Origin: an uncultured Bacteroidales bacterium | GTDB taxonomy: Bacteria; Bacteroidota; Bacteroidia; Bacteroidales; UBA932 | Length of the DNA: 64,000 nucleotides | Reading direction: 5' to 3' | Assembly: GCA_946402945.1 (NCBI GenBank) | Contig: CAMIYB010000001.1 | Coordinates: 65,427-129,426, forward strand | Shown here: positions 9,237 through 18,687 of the stretch, in pieces | Layout of the letters: every line of letters starts with the position of its first letter | How positions within the stretch are numbered: position 1 is the stretch's first letter | The notes under the pieces: generated by a model | Databases searched by the model: none | What the model saw: the letters and a program-made list of their open reading frames with translations, nothing else | Told to the model about the DNA's origin: nothing | Made by a program: the position numbers and the translations under genes

Positions 9237-10625
9237 TTATACGAGGCTGCCCAGGCTGGACGGGTCGTCGCCGTCCTTGAGGCGGGAGAACTTGCGGAAG
9301 AGATTGGCGAGGAAAATCAGCGTGGTGATGCTGGCCAGCAGGTCGGAGAGGGGATAACTGTACCAGACGCCGTCCACGCCCAGGCTGAGCGGCAGCAGAT
9401 AGAGCAGCGGCACCAGGAAGAGCAACTGGCGGGTCAGGGACAGGAAAATGGACTTGCGCACCATCCCCAGGCACTGGAAGAGGTTGGTGGCGACCATCTG
9501 GAAGCCGACGATGGGGAAGAGGCAGTTGAGTTTGCGCAAGCCCCGGGCGGCGATTTCGTGCAGGGCGGGGTCCTCCGTGAAGATGGATACCGTGGGGCCT
9601 GGCAGGATGAAGGAGAAGACAAAGCCCAGGCACATGGCGCCCGTAGCCCAGAGGGCGGTCTGGAGATAGACCTGCTTGACGCGGCTGTACTGCCGCGCCC
9701 CGAAATTGTAGCCCGCGATGGGCTGCATGCCCTGGTTGAGGCCCATCACCACCATCACGAACATGAAACTGACGCGGTTGACGATGCCGAAGGCCCCGAT
9801 GGACAGGTCTCCGCCGTATTTGCTCAGTTGCTGGTTGATGAAGAGGGTCACGATGCAGGAGGCCGCGTTCATCAGGAAGGGCCCCATGCCGATGGCCAGG
9901 GAATCCTTGGCGATGTCCCAGTCGAGGGCGAACACCTTCCGGGGCAGGTGGAGGAAACGCTTGGGGTTGAGGAAATACCAGAGCGTGTAAGCCAGGGCCA
10001 TCATCTGGCAGAGGATGGTGGCCAGCGCCGCCCCGCGGATGCCCATGCCGAGCCCGTAGATGAAGATGGGGTCGAGGATCGAGTTGGAGAGGACCGTGAA
10101 CAGGGTCAGGCGCATGGCGAGTTTCGGATTGCCGGAGGAACGGATGACGCTGTTGAGACCGAAATACAGGTGGGTGAACACGTTGCCGGCCAGCAGGATC
10201 TGCATGTAGTCCCGGGCGAAGGGCAGGGTGTTGTCGCTGGCGCCGAAAAAGCGCAGGATGGGATCGAGAAACAGCAGGCCGACCGCCGCGAAAAGGATGC
10301 CGACAATGGTGTTGAGCGTCACTTCGTTGGCGAGGACGGTGTTGGCGTCCTCATAGCGTTTCTGTCCCAGCAGCACGGAAATCATGGTGGCCGCGCCCAC
10401 GCCCACGAGGGTGCCCAGGGCCGTGGAGAGGTTCATCAGCGGGAAGGTGACCGCCAGGCCGGAAATGGCGTAGGCCCCCACGTCGGGGATGTGCCCGATG
10501 AAGATGCTGTCCACCATGTTGTACAGCGAGGAGGCCGTCATCGCGATGATGCCGGGCACGGCGTACTGCCGCAGGAGGGTACTGATTTTCCGGGTGCCGA
10601 GTTCGGTCGGGGCGCTGTCAGCCAT
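9237..10625 (-). CDS. MATE family efflux transporter
   Basis: About 12 TM segments; LYNMVDSIFIG, NSILDPIFI, GIRGAALAT, QPIAGYNFGA. Confidence 0.93.
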   Translation of the reverse strand: MADSAPTELGTRKISTLLRQYAVPGIIAMTASSLYNMVDSIFIGHIPDVGAYAISGLAVTFPLMNLSTALGTLVGVGAATMISVLLGQKRYEDANTVLANEVTLNTIVGILFAAVGLLFLDPILRFFGASDNTLPFARDYMQILLAGNVFTHLYFGLNSVIRSSGNPKLAMRLTLFTVLSNSILDPIFIYGLGMGIRGAALATILCQMMALAYTLWYFLNPKRFLHLPRKVFALDWDIAKDSLAIGMGPFLMNAASCIVTLFINQQLSKYGGDLSIGAFGIVNRVSFMFVMVVMGLNQGMQPIAGYNFGARQYSRVKQVYLQTALWATGAMCLGFVFSFILPGPTVSIFTEDPALHEIAARGLRKLNCLFPIVGFQMVATNLFQCLGMVRKSIFLSLTRQLLFLVPLLYLLPLSLGVDGVWYSYPLSDLLASITTLIFLANLFRKFSRLKDGDDPSSLGSLV

Positions 10626-10628
10626 GCT

Positions 10629-11666
10629 TTAATCCTCCACGCCGACGACAGTGATTTCGAAGCGGAGCGGACTGTATCCGGGGATGGCGTTGCCGTGGCC
10701 GGAGGCGCCGTAGCCGAGATTGGAGAAGAAGACGGCCTCGCCCTGGCTGCCGCTGCGCATCTGCCAGAGGGCGAGCTGGAAGCCGGTGATCGGGGTGACG
10801 CTTTCGGAAGAGCCGGCTACGGACATCGTCAGGGCGGTGTATTCCTCGCCCCATTGGATGGTGGTGGGACCATAGGTCTTGGACTCGTCCCAAAGGCCGT
10901 TATCCTTGGCCACGCGCTCGACGGAGGTGTCGAACACGCTGCCGTCCATGCGCCGGCCGATATAGTCGATCTTGACCTTGGCCGTGGAGGAGAAGGCCAC
11001 CGCCGATTCATCTTTCTTGATGGGATAATAGTAGAATCCGTACTGGAGGGAGTCGGCTTTGGCGTACGTGGCTTTGCCGTAATCTTCCATCTCCTTGATC
11101 TGGTGAGCGGTCATGTTGGCGGTAAAATCGGCCAGGGAGAGGTCATAGACGGCGGTGGCGGCCCCGGAAGGGGAATGGTTGAGGTATTCGGCGGCGCTGC
11201 CGTAGCGGTCGTAGGTCATCAGCCACGAGGGAACCAGGACCTTGCGGCGGCCGCCCACCCGCATACCCGTCAGGATGTCCTGCAGGCCGACGGTAATGGT
11301 GGTGGGATAAACGGACCAGGGGCGGGGGCCGTAGTAGTCGCCGGCGTCCCAGATCATCAGGCGGCGGGCCGTCTGTTCGTCCGTCGTGAAGGAGATGTTC
11401 CCGGCCAGGTCGGAAACGGTGTAATCGACCCAGACAAAGTCTTCGCCGCTGTATTCCCTGCCGGTGCCGGCAGTCTCCTCGAGAATGTAGATGCCGTTCC
11501 CGAAGGGTTCGGTGCGGGCGTCGGGGTACTCCTCGTCCCGGATGGCCTGGGCGATCCATTTCTCGTAGAATTCCTTGTTGAGGGCATTGTCGGAGGTGGT
11601 GACGTTCTTGGCGCAGGCTCCGAAAAGGAGGGCCAGGGGGAGGAGCAGGTATGCGGTTTTCTTCAT
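10629..11666 (-). CDS. FKBP-type peptidyl-prolyl isomerase lipoprotein (two FKBP-like domains)
   Basis: Lipobox LFGAC; GMRVGGRRKVLVPSW, DGSVFDTS and LGYG...IPGYSPLRFEI motifs. Confidence 0.85.
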   Translation of the reverse strand: MKKTAYLLLPLALLFGACAKNVTTSDNALNKEFYEKWIAQAIRDEEYPDARTEPFGNGIYILEETAGTGREYSGEDFVWVDYTVSDLAGNISFTTDEQTARRLMIWDAGDYYGPRPWSVYPTTITVGLQDILTGMRVGGRRKVLVPSWLMTYDRYGSAAEYLNHSPSGAATAVYDLSLADFTANMTAHQIKEMEDYGKATYAKADSLQYGFYYYPIKKDESAVAFSSTAKVKIDYIGRRMDGSVFDTSVERVAKDNGLWDESKTYGPTTIQWGEEYTALTMSVAGSSESVTPITGFQLALWQMRSGSQGEAVFFSNLGYGASGHGNAIPGYSPLRFEITVVGVED

Positions 11667-11672
11667 AATCAT

Positions 11673-12209
11673 CTATTCGTTCTGGACGCTTTCAACCCAA
11701 ATGTGATAGGCCACGGCTGCATTTGCAGGAATCGTGCCGTAGAGTTTGTTGCCGAAGCCGTGTTTCCCGGAGAAAAGGATGATGCATTCCTCGCCGCCCT
11801 TGACGCCGATAAGGCCGTTGCGGAGGCCTTCGACCAGGGTTGTGGCGGACATATCGACGGTCTCGACCTGGAAGGCGTCCTCGCCGGTGACTTTCCAACT
11901 CGCGGCCAGGGCTTCCCGGTTGGTGGCGAAGAGGTTGGAGGTGCTTTCGAAACTGGCGCTCTTGACCACGTAGCCCGCGTAGTAGAAGGAGATGGTGCCG
12001 CCGGCGCCGAGCGCATCGCCTTCGCCCTCGACCAGCACCAGGCGGGTGGAGCCTTCGTTGGTCTCGACGCGGGCGTCGGGCGTCTTGCCCTGCTGCGCGG
12101 TGATGTAACTCTCGATCCACTTCTCCTGCTGGGCGTACGTGCTTTTGAGGCTTTCGCCGGTGCAGGCGCAAGTCAGGGCCAGGAGCAATATGAGGGGGAA
12201 GCGTTTCAT
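11673..12209 (-). CDS. FKBP-type peptidyl-prolyl isomerase lipoprotein (178 aa)
   Basis: Start MKRFPL at 12209 (ATGA overlap with the upstream stop); LVEGLRNGL...GEECIILFSGKHGFG...IPANAAV. Confidence 0.82.
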   Translation of the reverse strand: MKRFPLILLLALTCACTGESLKSTYAQQEKWIESYITAQQGKTPDARVETNEGSTRLVLVEGEGDALGAGGTISFYYAGYVVKSASFESTSNLFATNREALAASWKVTGEDAFQVETVDMSATTLVEGLRNGLIGVKGGEECIILFSGKHGFGNKLYGTIPANAAVAYHIWVESVQNE

Positions 12210-13240
12210 GACAGGAAGGATGCAAGGGTGCGGAGCAGCCACGGCTCGGCCGCGTCGGGATGCGGGATGTCTTCGGGCCAGCAGAGCCGGCCGCCGGCTG
12301 CCTGCGCGTGGCCGCCTCCATGGAAGAAGGTGCGCGCCAATTGGTTGGCAGACAGTTCTTTGCGTGAGCGGATGGACACGCGGAACAGCCCGTCTTCCTC
12401 CTTGAGGAAAAGGCTCATCCGCACGCGGTCGATGCCCAGGGGGAGGTTGACGAAACCCTCCGTGTCGCCTTCCGTGATGCCGTAGGCGTTGCGGTCGGCC
12501 TTGCGAAGGATCATGTAGGCGATCCCCTCCGGGGTGATGGTCATGCAGTCCCGCAGGAGGTGTCCCATCAGGCGGAAACGGCGCTCGGGATAGTTGTTGT
12601 AGAGGCAGGCGAGGATCCCTTCGCGGTCCACGCCTGCGGCGATCAGTTCCCCGGCCATCTCGAAGGTGGACGGGTACACGGAGTTGGCGAAGTTGTTGGT
12701 GTCGGTGGTCATGCCCGTCAGCAGGGCGCGGGCCGATGCCGGAGGCAGTTTGGCGGCCTGGCCGTCCATGCCGGGAAGCGACAGGAGGATCCAGTAGAGG
12801 AGTTCGCTGGCCGAGGAGATTTCCGTGCGGGAAAAGCACAGGTCGAAGGCCGCTGTGTCGGGACCGATGTGGTGGTCGATCAGGACTTTACGGGCGGTGG
12901 AACGGGCAAGCGCCCCTTCCATCCCTGCGGTCCGGTTCCAGGCGTTGCAGTCCAGGCAGAAAAGCAGGTCGCTTCCGGCGATGCGGCGGCAGGCCGCGTC
13001 GGGGTCGTCGGTATAGATGAGGGGCTCTCCGTCCCGGAGCATGAAACGCAGGTTGTCGTCCACGCGGTCGGGCAGGAGGACGGCCGCATCTTTGCCCCGC
13101 GCCTGCAGGAAGGCGCTCAGGGCCAGCGTGCTGCCGATGGCGTCTCCGTCGGGCCGGGTATGGGCGACAAGGGTGATCCGCTCCGCGCCTTCGATCAGGG
13201 CGTGGAGGCGGGCGATGTCTGTCCGGGACAAGTCCAGCAT
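12206..13240 (-). CDS. nrnA: DHH/DHHA1 phosphoesterase (NrnA-like oligoribonuclease/PAP phosphatase)
   Basis: HTRPDGDAIGS, IDHH, TDTNNF, RVSIRS and GGGHAQAAGG motifs. Confidence 0.9.
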   Translation of the reverse strand: MLDLSRTDIARLHALIEGAERITLVAHTRPDGDAIGSTLALSAFLQARGKDAAVLLPDRVDDNLRFMLRDGEPLIYTDDPDAACRRIAGSDLLFCLDCNAWNRTAGMEGALARSTARKVLIDHHIGPDTAAFDLCFSRTEISSASELLYWILLSLPGMDGQAAKLPPASARALLTGMTTDTNNFANSVYPSTFEMAGELIAAGVDREGILACLYNNYPERRFRLMGHLLRDCMTITPEGIAYMILRKADRNAYGITEGDTEGFVNLPLGIDRVRMSLFLKEEDGLFRVSIRSRKELSANQLARTFFHGGGHAQAAGGRLCWPEDIPHPDAAEPWLLRTLASFLS

Positions 13241-13339
13241 ATCCTCGTCTTTTGCAGATGCAAATTTACAAATAATATTGTTTTTGATAAATCAATTTCA
13301 TAACTTTGTCGGAGTTTTGGACAAATAAGATACCTCATA

Positions 13340-14029
13340 ATGAACAAAGCACTTAAAATTCTCATCAACCTCCTGCTGATCGCCCTGTGCGTTTTCCTGG
13401 TCTACCTTATCTTCTCCAGCGTCATGGAGCCGGTCAACTTCAACAAGGAGCGTGACGCCCGCCAGACCGTCGCCGTCCAGCGTCTGAAAGATATCCGCAC
13501 CCTCCAGGAGGCCTATAAGAGCGTCAACGGCAAGTTCACGGCCGATTTCGACTCCCTCGCCATGTTTTATAACGACGGCAAGATGGAAATCATCATGCAG
13601 GTCGGTTCCATGGACGACTCTCTGGCCGTGGCCAACACCGAGGCCCTCAAGCGCAAGAACCGCAAGATTACGGCCCAGGAGATGTACGAGCGTTACCTCA
13701 AGGGTGAGAATCTGGTGTTTTCCATCAAGAACGATATTCCCGTGCGGGACACCGTGTTCCACAACCGTCCGGATTTCGTGATCGATTCGCTCCGTTACAT
13801 CCCCTTCTCCGGTGGGGAGGAGGTGGAGATGGACGCCATCGTGAAGACCGTCTCCGGCGTGCAGGTGCCGCTCTTCGAGGCCAAGATGCCGTACAAGAAA
13901 CTCCTCAAGGGGATGGACAACCAGCTCCGCATCAATCTGGATGCCGAGCGCCGCGCCGCCAACCAGTACGAAGGTTTGCAGGTCGGCAGCATCTCCGCCC
14001 CGAACAACAACGCGGGTAACTGGGAATAA
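13340..14029 (+). CDS. Conserved Bacteroidota hypothetical protein with N-terminal TM helix
   Basis: Strong codon bias; RLKDIRTLQ, DSLRYIPFSGG, PLFEAK and C-terminal GLQVGS...NNNAGNWE. Preceded by TAACTTTG at 13301. Confidence 0.85.
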   Translation: MNKALKILINLLLIALCVFLVYLIFSSVMEPVNFNKERDARQTVAVQRLKDIRTLQEAYKSVNGKFTADFDSLAMFYNDGKMEIIMQVGSMDDSLAVANTEALKRKNRKITAQEMYERYLKGENLVFSIKNDIPVRDTVFHNRPDFVIDSLRYIPFSGGEEVEMDAIVKTVSGVQVPLFEAKMPYKKLLKGMDNQLRINLDAERRAANQYEGLQVGSISAPNNNAGNWE

Positions 14030-14035
14030 TCCGCC

Positions 14036-14710
14036 ATGGACGCCTCCACTGGCAGCAGCAGAATATCCATTCAAGTCTCCTTGAGTGGATTTTCTTTTCA
14101 GACCGATTCCGCCTCGTCCGGATGGATGGGGGCGGATCGCGTTTTTACGACCCCGGAACTGCAGCGGCGCTATGACCAGGTGGATATTTCCCTGCTGACG
14201 CCGAAGTTTACCCTGGTCCCCGCCCAGTTCTTCCGTCCGGAGGAGGCCCGGCAGTCCCTGTCCGAGGTGACGACCCTCCGCGAGGCCGACCAGGTGGAGT
14301 CCGTTCCCGTGCCGGAATTCGGCGCGGTGCTCCTGTATTCCAATTCCATCGACGAGAGTCTCTCCCGCGTACTGTCCCAGACCGTGTTCAATACTTCCGG
14401 CGAGCCTGCCCGGGTGCTGCCCGAGGCCTACTTCCTGCTGCGGACGCTGCCGCTCCTCCAGGAATACAACAAGATTCTGGCTTCGTGGCGGGACGGCTGG
14501 CTCCATCTGGTCATCGCCCAGGGCAAGTCGCTCCAGCTCTGCAATGCTTTCCCGGCGATGGATTTCACCACGGCGGAGTATTTCATCTTCCTGGCCCTGA
14601 AGAAGTTGCAACTCAACCCGGAAGTCTCTTCCATCGTCTTCCGCACGCCGCTCGACCCGGAGCAGGAGATGTCGCTCTACCGCTATTTCAAATCCGTGGA
14701 GGTGCGCTGA
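14036..14710 (+). CDS. DUF3822 family protein
   Basis: ISIQVSLSGFSF, FTLVPAQFF and LQLCNAF...TAEYFIF; lies directly upstream of rsmD as is usual in Bacteroidota. Confidence 0.78.
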   Translation: MDASTGSSRISIQVSLSGFSFQTDSASSGWMGADRVFTTPELQRRYDQVDISLLTPKFTLVPAQFFRPEEARQSLSEVTTLREADQVESVPVPEFGAVLLYSNSIDESLSRVLSQTVFNTSGEPARVLPEAYFLLRTLPLLQEYNKILASWRDGWLHLVIAQGKSLQLCNAFPAMDFTTAEYFIFLALKKLQLNPEVSSIVFRTPLDPEQEMSLYRYFKSVEVR

Positions 14711-15255
14711 TGCGGATCATCGGAGGTACGCTGAAGGGCAAGGTCATCGTGCCGCCCGCCGGCCTGAGGGCCCGGCCCACGACGGACTATGCCAAGGAGG
14801 CCCTGTTCGACATCCTTTCCAACGAGTACGAGTTCGACGACCTGAAGGTGCTGGACCTCTTTGCGGGGACCGGATCCATCTCCTATGAATTCGTTTCCCG
14901 CGGGGTGGGACATGTCTGGAGCGTGGAGATGAATCCGCTCCATGCCGCCTTCATTTCCTCGGAGGCCCGCCGCATGGGGATGGCGAACCTGACGGTGGTC
15001 CGGCACAATGTGTTCGATTTCCTGCCGCTCTGCCGGGAGAAATTCGATATCGTCTTCGCCGATCCGCCCTATGCCCTGGAAGGCCTTCAGACCCTTCCGG
15101 ACCGCGTTTTCGAATGCGGCATCCTCCATCCCGGTGCCTATTTCATCCTCGAGCACGGGGACGAGCATTCCTTTACGCAACATCCGTACTTCCTCAAGGA
15201 GAAGAAGTACGGACGCGTGCACTTTTCTTTCTTCGAAAACCCGGCCGCTATTTGA
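14710..15255 (+). CDS. rsmD: 16S rRNA m2G966 methyltransferase RsmD
   Basis: Start MRIIGG at 14710; RPTTD..KEALF, LDLFAGTGS, DPPY. Confidence 0.92.
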   Translation: MRIIGGTLKGKVIVPPAGLRARPTTDYAKEALFDILSNEYEFDDLKVLDLFAGTGSISYEFVSRGVGHVWSVEMNPLHAAFISSEARRMGMANLTVVRHNVFDFLPLCREKFDIVFADPPYALEGLQTLPDRVFECGILHPGAYFILEHGDEHSFTQHPYFLKEKKYGRVHFSFFENPAAI

Positions 15256-16885
15256 TCAGGTTGCCGAGGATGCTGCGGGTCAGTTCCTTGGTGACGGTGC
15301 GGGTGGCCGCCGAAGCCGCCTTGCCGGCCGCTTTCTTGGTGGCGCTGGTCTTTTTCTTGCCCGTATCTTTGGAGGAACCGCCGACGACCGCCTTACCCAC
15401 GCTGGTGGCGACGCTGCCGGCGATGGCGGCGCTGACGGCGGCGAGGATCTTAGCGCCGAGGCTGTTCTTCTTTTTCTTTTCCGCTTCTTTTTCGGCCTTG
15501 GCCTGTTCCTTGGCCTGGGCGGCTTCCAGTTTCTGGCGTTCGATTTCCTGCCGCTGCCTTTCCTGCTCTTCCTCTTCGGCCTGGCGGGCGCGTTCGGCCT
15601 CTTCGGCCTGCTTCAGCAGCACTTCGAAGGCGCTTTCGCGGTCGATGGGATGGTCGTAACGGCCGTAGAGGCGGGAGCGTTTGATCAGGTCGGCCCGCTC
15701 ACCCTCGGAGATGGCGCCGATCTGGCTCAGCGGGAAGAGGATCTTGGCGCGCTCCACGATGCGGGGCGTGCCCTTCTCGTCGAGCAGGGAGACGAGGGCT
15801 TCGCCGGTCTCCAGCGACAGGAGGGTGTCGTAGGTGTTGAAGGCCGGGTTGGCGCGGAAGGTCTCCGCGGCGGTCTTGACGGCCTTCTGGTCCTTGGGGG
15901 AATAGGCCCGGAGGGCATGCTGGACGCGGTTTCCGAGTTGTCCGAGGATGTTTTCCGGGATGTCGGTAGGGGACTGGGTGATGAAGTAGATGCCGACGCC
16001 CTTGCTCCGGATCAGGCGGATCACCTGCTCGATCTTATCGACGAGGGCCTTGGAAGTGCCTTCGAAGAGCATGTGGGCCTCGTCGAAGAAGAAGACGAGT
16101 TTCGGCAGGTCCATGTCGCCGACCTCCGGGAGGGTGGCGTAGAGTTCGGACATGAGCCAGAGGAGGAAGGTCGAGTAGAGTTTCGGCTGGAGCATCAGGC
16201 GGTCGGCCGCGAGCACGTTCATGATGCCCTTGCCGCCCTCGCACTGGAGGAGGTCGTAGATGTCGAAGTCGGGCTCGCCGAAGAATTTCTCCGCGCCCTG
16301 GTTCTCCAGGCCCAGGAGGGCGCGCTGGATGGCGCCGACGCTGGCTGCGGTCACGTTGCCGTATTTCGTGGTGTATTCCGCGGCGTTCTGGGCCACGAAG
16401 TTGAGCATGGCGCGCAGGTCCTTCAGGTCGATCAGCAGGAGACCGTTGTCGTCGGCGATGCGGAAGACGATGTTGAGCACGCCGGTCTGGGTCTCGTTCA
16501 GGTCCATCAGGCGGCCGAGCATGTCCGGGCCCATCCGGGAGATGGTCGAGCGCATCGGATGGCCCTGCTCGCCATAGACGTCGAAGAAGCGGACGGGGCA
16601 GCTCTGGAACTGCGGGTCCTCGATGCCGAATTCGGGCAGGCGTTTCTCGATGAAGCCGGAGAGGCGGCCGGTCTGGCTGATGCCGCTCAGGTCGCCTTTC
16701 ATGTCGGCCATGAAGCAGGGGACGCCGGCCTGGCAGAAGGTCTCGGCGAGCACCTGCAGGGTGACGGTTTTACCGGTGCCGGTGGCTCCGGCGATGAGTC
16801 CGTGGCGGTTGGCCATTTTCCCGACCATGGAGATCGGTCCGTTGGCGCTGTGGGCGATATAGAGCCCTCTTTCCTTGTCAAGCAT
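15248..16885 (-). CDS. DUF853 / HerA-like ATPase (YjgR family)
   Basis: NRHGLIAGATGTGKT Walker A, FFDEAH Walker B, RLIRSKGVG, QLGNRVQHALRA. Confidence 0.92.
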   Translation of the reverse strand: MLDKERGLYIAHSANGPISMVGKMANRHGLIAGATGTGKTVTLQVLAETFCQAGVPCFMADMKGDLSGISQTGRLSGFIEKRLPEFGIEDPQFQSCPVRFFDVYGEQGHPMRSTISRMGPDMLGRLMDLNETQTGVLNIVFRIADDNGLLLIDLKDLRAMLNFVAQNAAEYTTKYGNVTAASVGAIQRALLGLENQGAEKFFGEPDFDIYDLLQCEGGKGIMNVLAADRLMLQPKLYSTFLLWLMSELYATLPEVGDMDLPKLVFFFDEAHMLFEGTSKALVDKIEQVIRLIRSKGVGIYFITQSPTDIPENILGQLGNRVQHALRAYSPKDQKAVKTAAETFRANPAFNTYDTLLSLETGEALVSLLDEKGTPRIVERAKILFPLSQIGAISEGERADLIKRSRLYGRYDHPIDRESAFEVLLKQAEEAERARQAEEEEQERQRQEIERQKLEAAQAKEQAKAEKEAEKKKKNSLGAKILAAVSAAIAGSVATSVGKAVVGGSSKDTGKKKTSATKKAAGKAASAATRTVTKELTRSILGNLIK

Positions 16886-16888
16886 ATC

Positions 16889-18358
16889 TTATTGGGAGAT
16901 TTTGGGTTTGCGTGTGTATTTCCAGACGTAGAACAGGATGAAGGACAGCGCCAGGGTGACGGCGCCGATGGCCTTGTTCCATCCGCCCGGAAGGCCGAAG
17001 CCGATCTTGGCGATGCAGATGTAGGTGGTCACGACGGCGGTCATGAAGGCGGCCGGCAGGAAGGTGATGAGGTAGGCGCAACCCTTCTTGTTGCGCACCA
17101 GGTAAACGGTGGCGGTCCAGAGGGCGAAGACGGCGAGGGTCTGGTTGGCCCAGCCGAAATAGCGCCAGATGATGTTGAAGCCGTCTTTGTCGGCGATGCT
17201 GTACCAAAGCAGCACCGAGGCCAGCAGGAACATCGGGATGCCGATGAGCAGGCGGTTGCGGATGGGCCTCTGTTCGAAGCGGAAGAAATCGGCGACGATC
17301 AGGCGCGCGCTGCGGAAGGCGGTGTCGCCGCTGGTGATCGGGGCGGCCACCACGCCGAGGATGGCGAGGATGCCTCCCAGGATGCCGAGCCAGCCCTCGG
17401 AGACCTTGGTGACGACGGTCGGCGCGGCGGCGCTCAGGTCGGAGCCCACCTCGGCGGCCCCGCCACCATAGAAGAAATAGGAGGAGACGGCGGCCCAGAC
17501 GAGGGCGACGATACCTTCGGTGATCATGGCCCCGTAGAAGACGGGCCGTCCGAGGCGTTCATTTTCGGTGCAGCGGGCCATGAGCGGGCTCTGGGTGGCG
17601 TGGAAGCCGCTGATGGCGCCGCAGGCGATGGTGATGAAGAGGCAGGGGAAAATGGGCTGGTCCTTGAGCAGGCCGCTCTGCTCCCCGAGGTTGCCCAGAC
17701 CGTCCCAGATCTCCGGGAGGGCGGGCCATTTGACGAGCAGTCCGACCATCAGGGCCAGGGCCATGAAGAGAAGGGCGACGGCGAAGGCCGGGTAGATTTT
17801 GCCGATGACTTTGTCGATCGGGAGCATGGTGGCCAGCAGGTAATACAGGAAGATCGCGCCGACCCAGATCATGATGGCTCCGCGCGACCCGTCTCCGGCG
17901 ATGTCGCCCAGGATGAGGGCGGGGCTGAATACGAAGACGGTGCCGACCAGCAGCAGGAGGATGACGGAAAAGGCCAGGAGAACGCTTTTGGCGCCCTTTC
18001 CCAGATAGATTCCGACGATTTCCGGCAGGCCCGCGCCCTCGTGGCGGATGGAGAGCATCCCGACGAAATAGTCGTGGACGGCCCCGGCGAAGATGCAGCC
18101 GAGTACGATCCACAGATAGGCGGACGGACCGAATTTGGCGCCCATGATGGCTCCGAAAATGGGACCGGTGCCGGCGATGTTGAGGAATTGGATCATGAAC
18201 ACCTTCCAGGAGGGGAGGGCTACGTAGTCCACGCCGTCGGCGCGGGTCTTGGCGGGGGTGCTCCGGGCCGGGTCCGGTCCGAATACCTTCTCGACCAGGC
18301 GTCCGTACAGCAGATAGCCGGCGATGAGGGCCAGCAGGCTAATCAGAAAGGAAAGCAT
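16889..18358 (-). CDS. cstA: Carbon starvation protein A (peptide/pyruvate transporter)
   Basis: QFLNIAGTGPIFG, TIACGAISGFHATQSP and WRYFGWANQTLA. Start MLSFLI at 18358; TAAATTTG element at 18379-18386. Confidence 0.92.
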   Translation of the reverse strand: MLSFLISLLALIAGYLLYGRLVEKVFGPDPARSTPAKTRADGVDYVALPSWKVFMIQFLNIAGTGPIFGAIMGAKFGPSAYLWIVLGCIFAGAVHDYFVGMLSIRHEGAGLPEIVGIYLGKGAKSVLLAFSVILLLLVGTVFVFSPALILGDIAGDGSRGAIMIWVGAIFLYYLLATMLPIDKVIGKIYPAFAVALLFMALALMVGLLVKWPALPEIWDGLGNLGEQSGLLKDQPIFPCLFITIACGAISGFHATQSPLMARCTENERLGRPVFYGAMITEGIVALVWAAVSSYFFYGGGAAEVGSDLSAAAPTVVTKVSEGWLGILGGILAILGVVAAPITSGDTAFRSARLIVADFFRFEQRPIRNRLLIGIPMFLLASVLLWYSIADKDGFNIIWRYFGWANQTLAVFALWTATVYLVRNKKGCAYLITFLPAAFMTAVVTTYICIAKIGFGLPGGWNKAIGAVTLALSFILFYVWKYTRKPKISQ

Positions 18359-18429
18359 CTTTTCGTTTTCTCGGCTTACAAATTTAAGAAAAAATGTCTG
18401 AAAAAGTTTGGAGTTCTCCCAAAAATGCC

Positions 18430-18437
18430 TACCTTTG
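18430..18437 (+). promoter_or_regulatory. -7 promoter element (TACCTTTG) for tRNA-Asp
   Basis: TAnnTTTG match about 40 nt upstream of the tRNA, with a TTTG about 20 nt further upstream. Confidence 0.7.
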
Positions 18438-18476
18438 CATCCGCATTTGACGCAAAGCCTCTCATGCAACCAGCCT

Positions 18477-18550
18477 GGTGCGGTAGTTCAGCTGGTTAGA
18501 ATGCCGGCCTGTCACGCCGGAGGTCGAGGGTTCGAGTCCCTTCCGCACCG
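18477..18550 (+). tRNA. tRNA-Asp(GTC)
   Basis: Acceptor GGTGCGG/CCGCACC, anticodon arm CCGGC-CTGTCAC-GCCGG, T-loop GGTTCGAGTCC; CCA not encoded. Confidence 0.97.
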
Positions 18551-18553
18551 CAT

Positions 18554-18590
18554 AAAAGAAGCCATTTCCTTTTTGGAAACGGCTTCTTTT
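18554..18590. terminator. Bidirectional intrinsic terminator after tRNA-Asp
   Basis: AAAAGAAGCC-ATTTCC / GGAAAC-GGCTTCTTTT hairpin with A and T tails. Confidence 0.85.
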
Positions 18591-18609
18591 CGTTTTGCCT
18601 GCCCCTGCT

Positions 18610-18627
18610 TCGAACCCTCGACCTCCG
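18610..18627 (-). repeat. 18-nt perfect inverted copy of tRNA-Asp 18518-18535
   Basis: TCGAACCCTCGACCTCCG is the exact reverse complement of CGGAGGTCGAGGGTTCGA. Confidence 0.9.
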
Positions 18628-18687
18628 TCCCCCGAGGGGAAGACGCCCGACAGGGCGGCAGTTTGTTTATGCGTGCGTCTGGATCCG

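Noticed and set aside
7988-10625. Antibiotic-resistance cassette (beta-lactamase plus MATE)
   Set aside because: Generic serine hydrolase and MATE in a housekeeping operon with host-like composition and no mobility genes.
9093-12485. 1130-aa plus-strand ORF
   Set aside because: Antisense shadow of the MATE/FKBP/DHH genes caused by GC-rich codon bias; no recognisable motifs.
15008-18499. 1163-aa plus-strand ORF
   Set aside because: Shadow of the DUF853 and cstA genes, and it runs into the tRNA.
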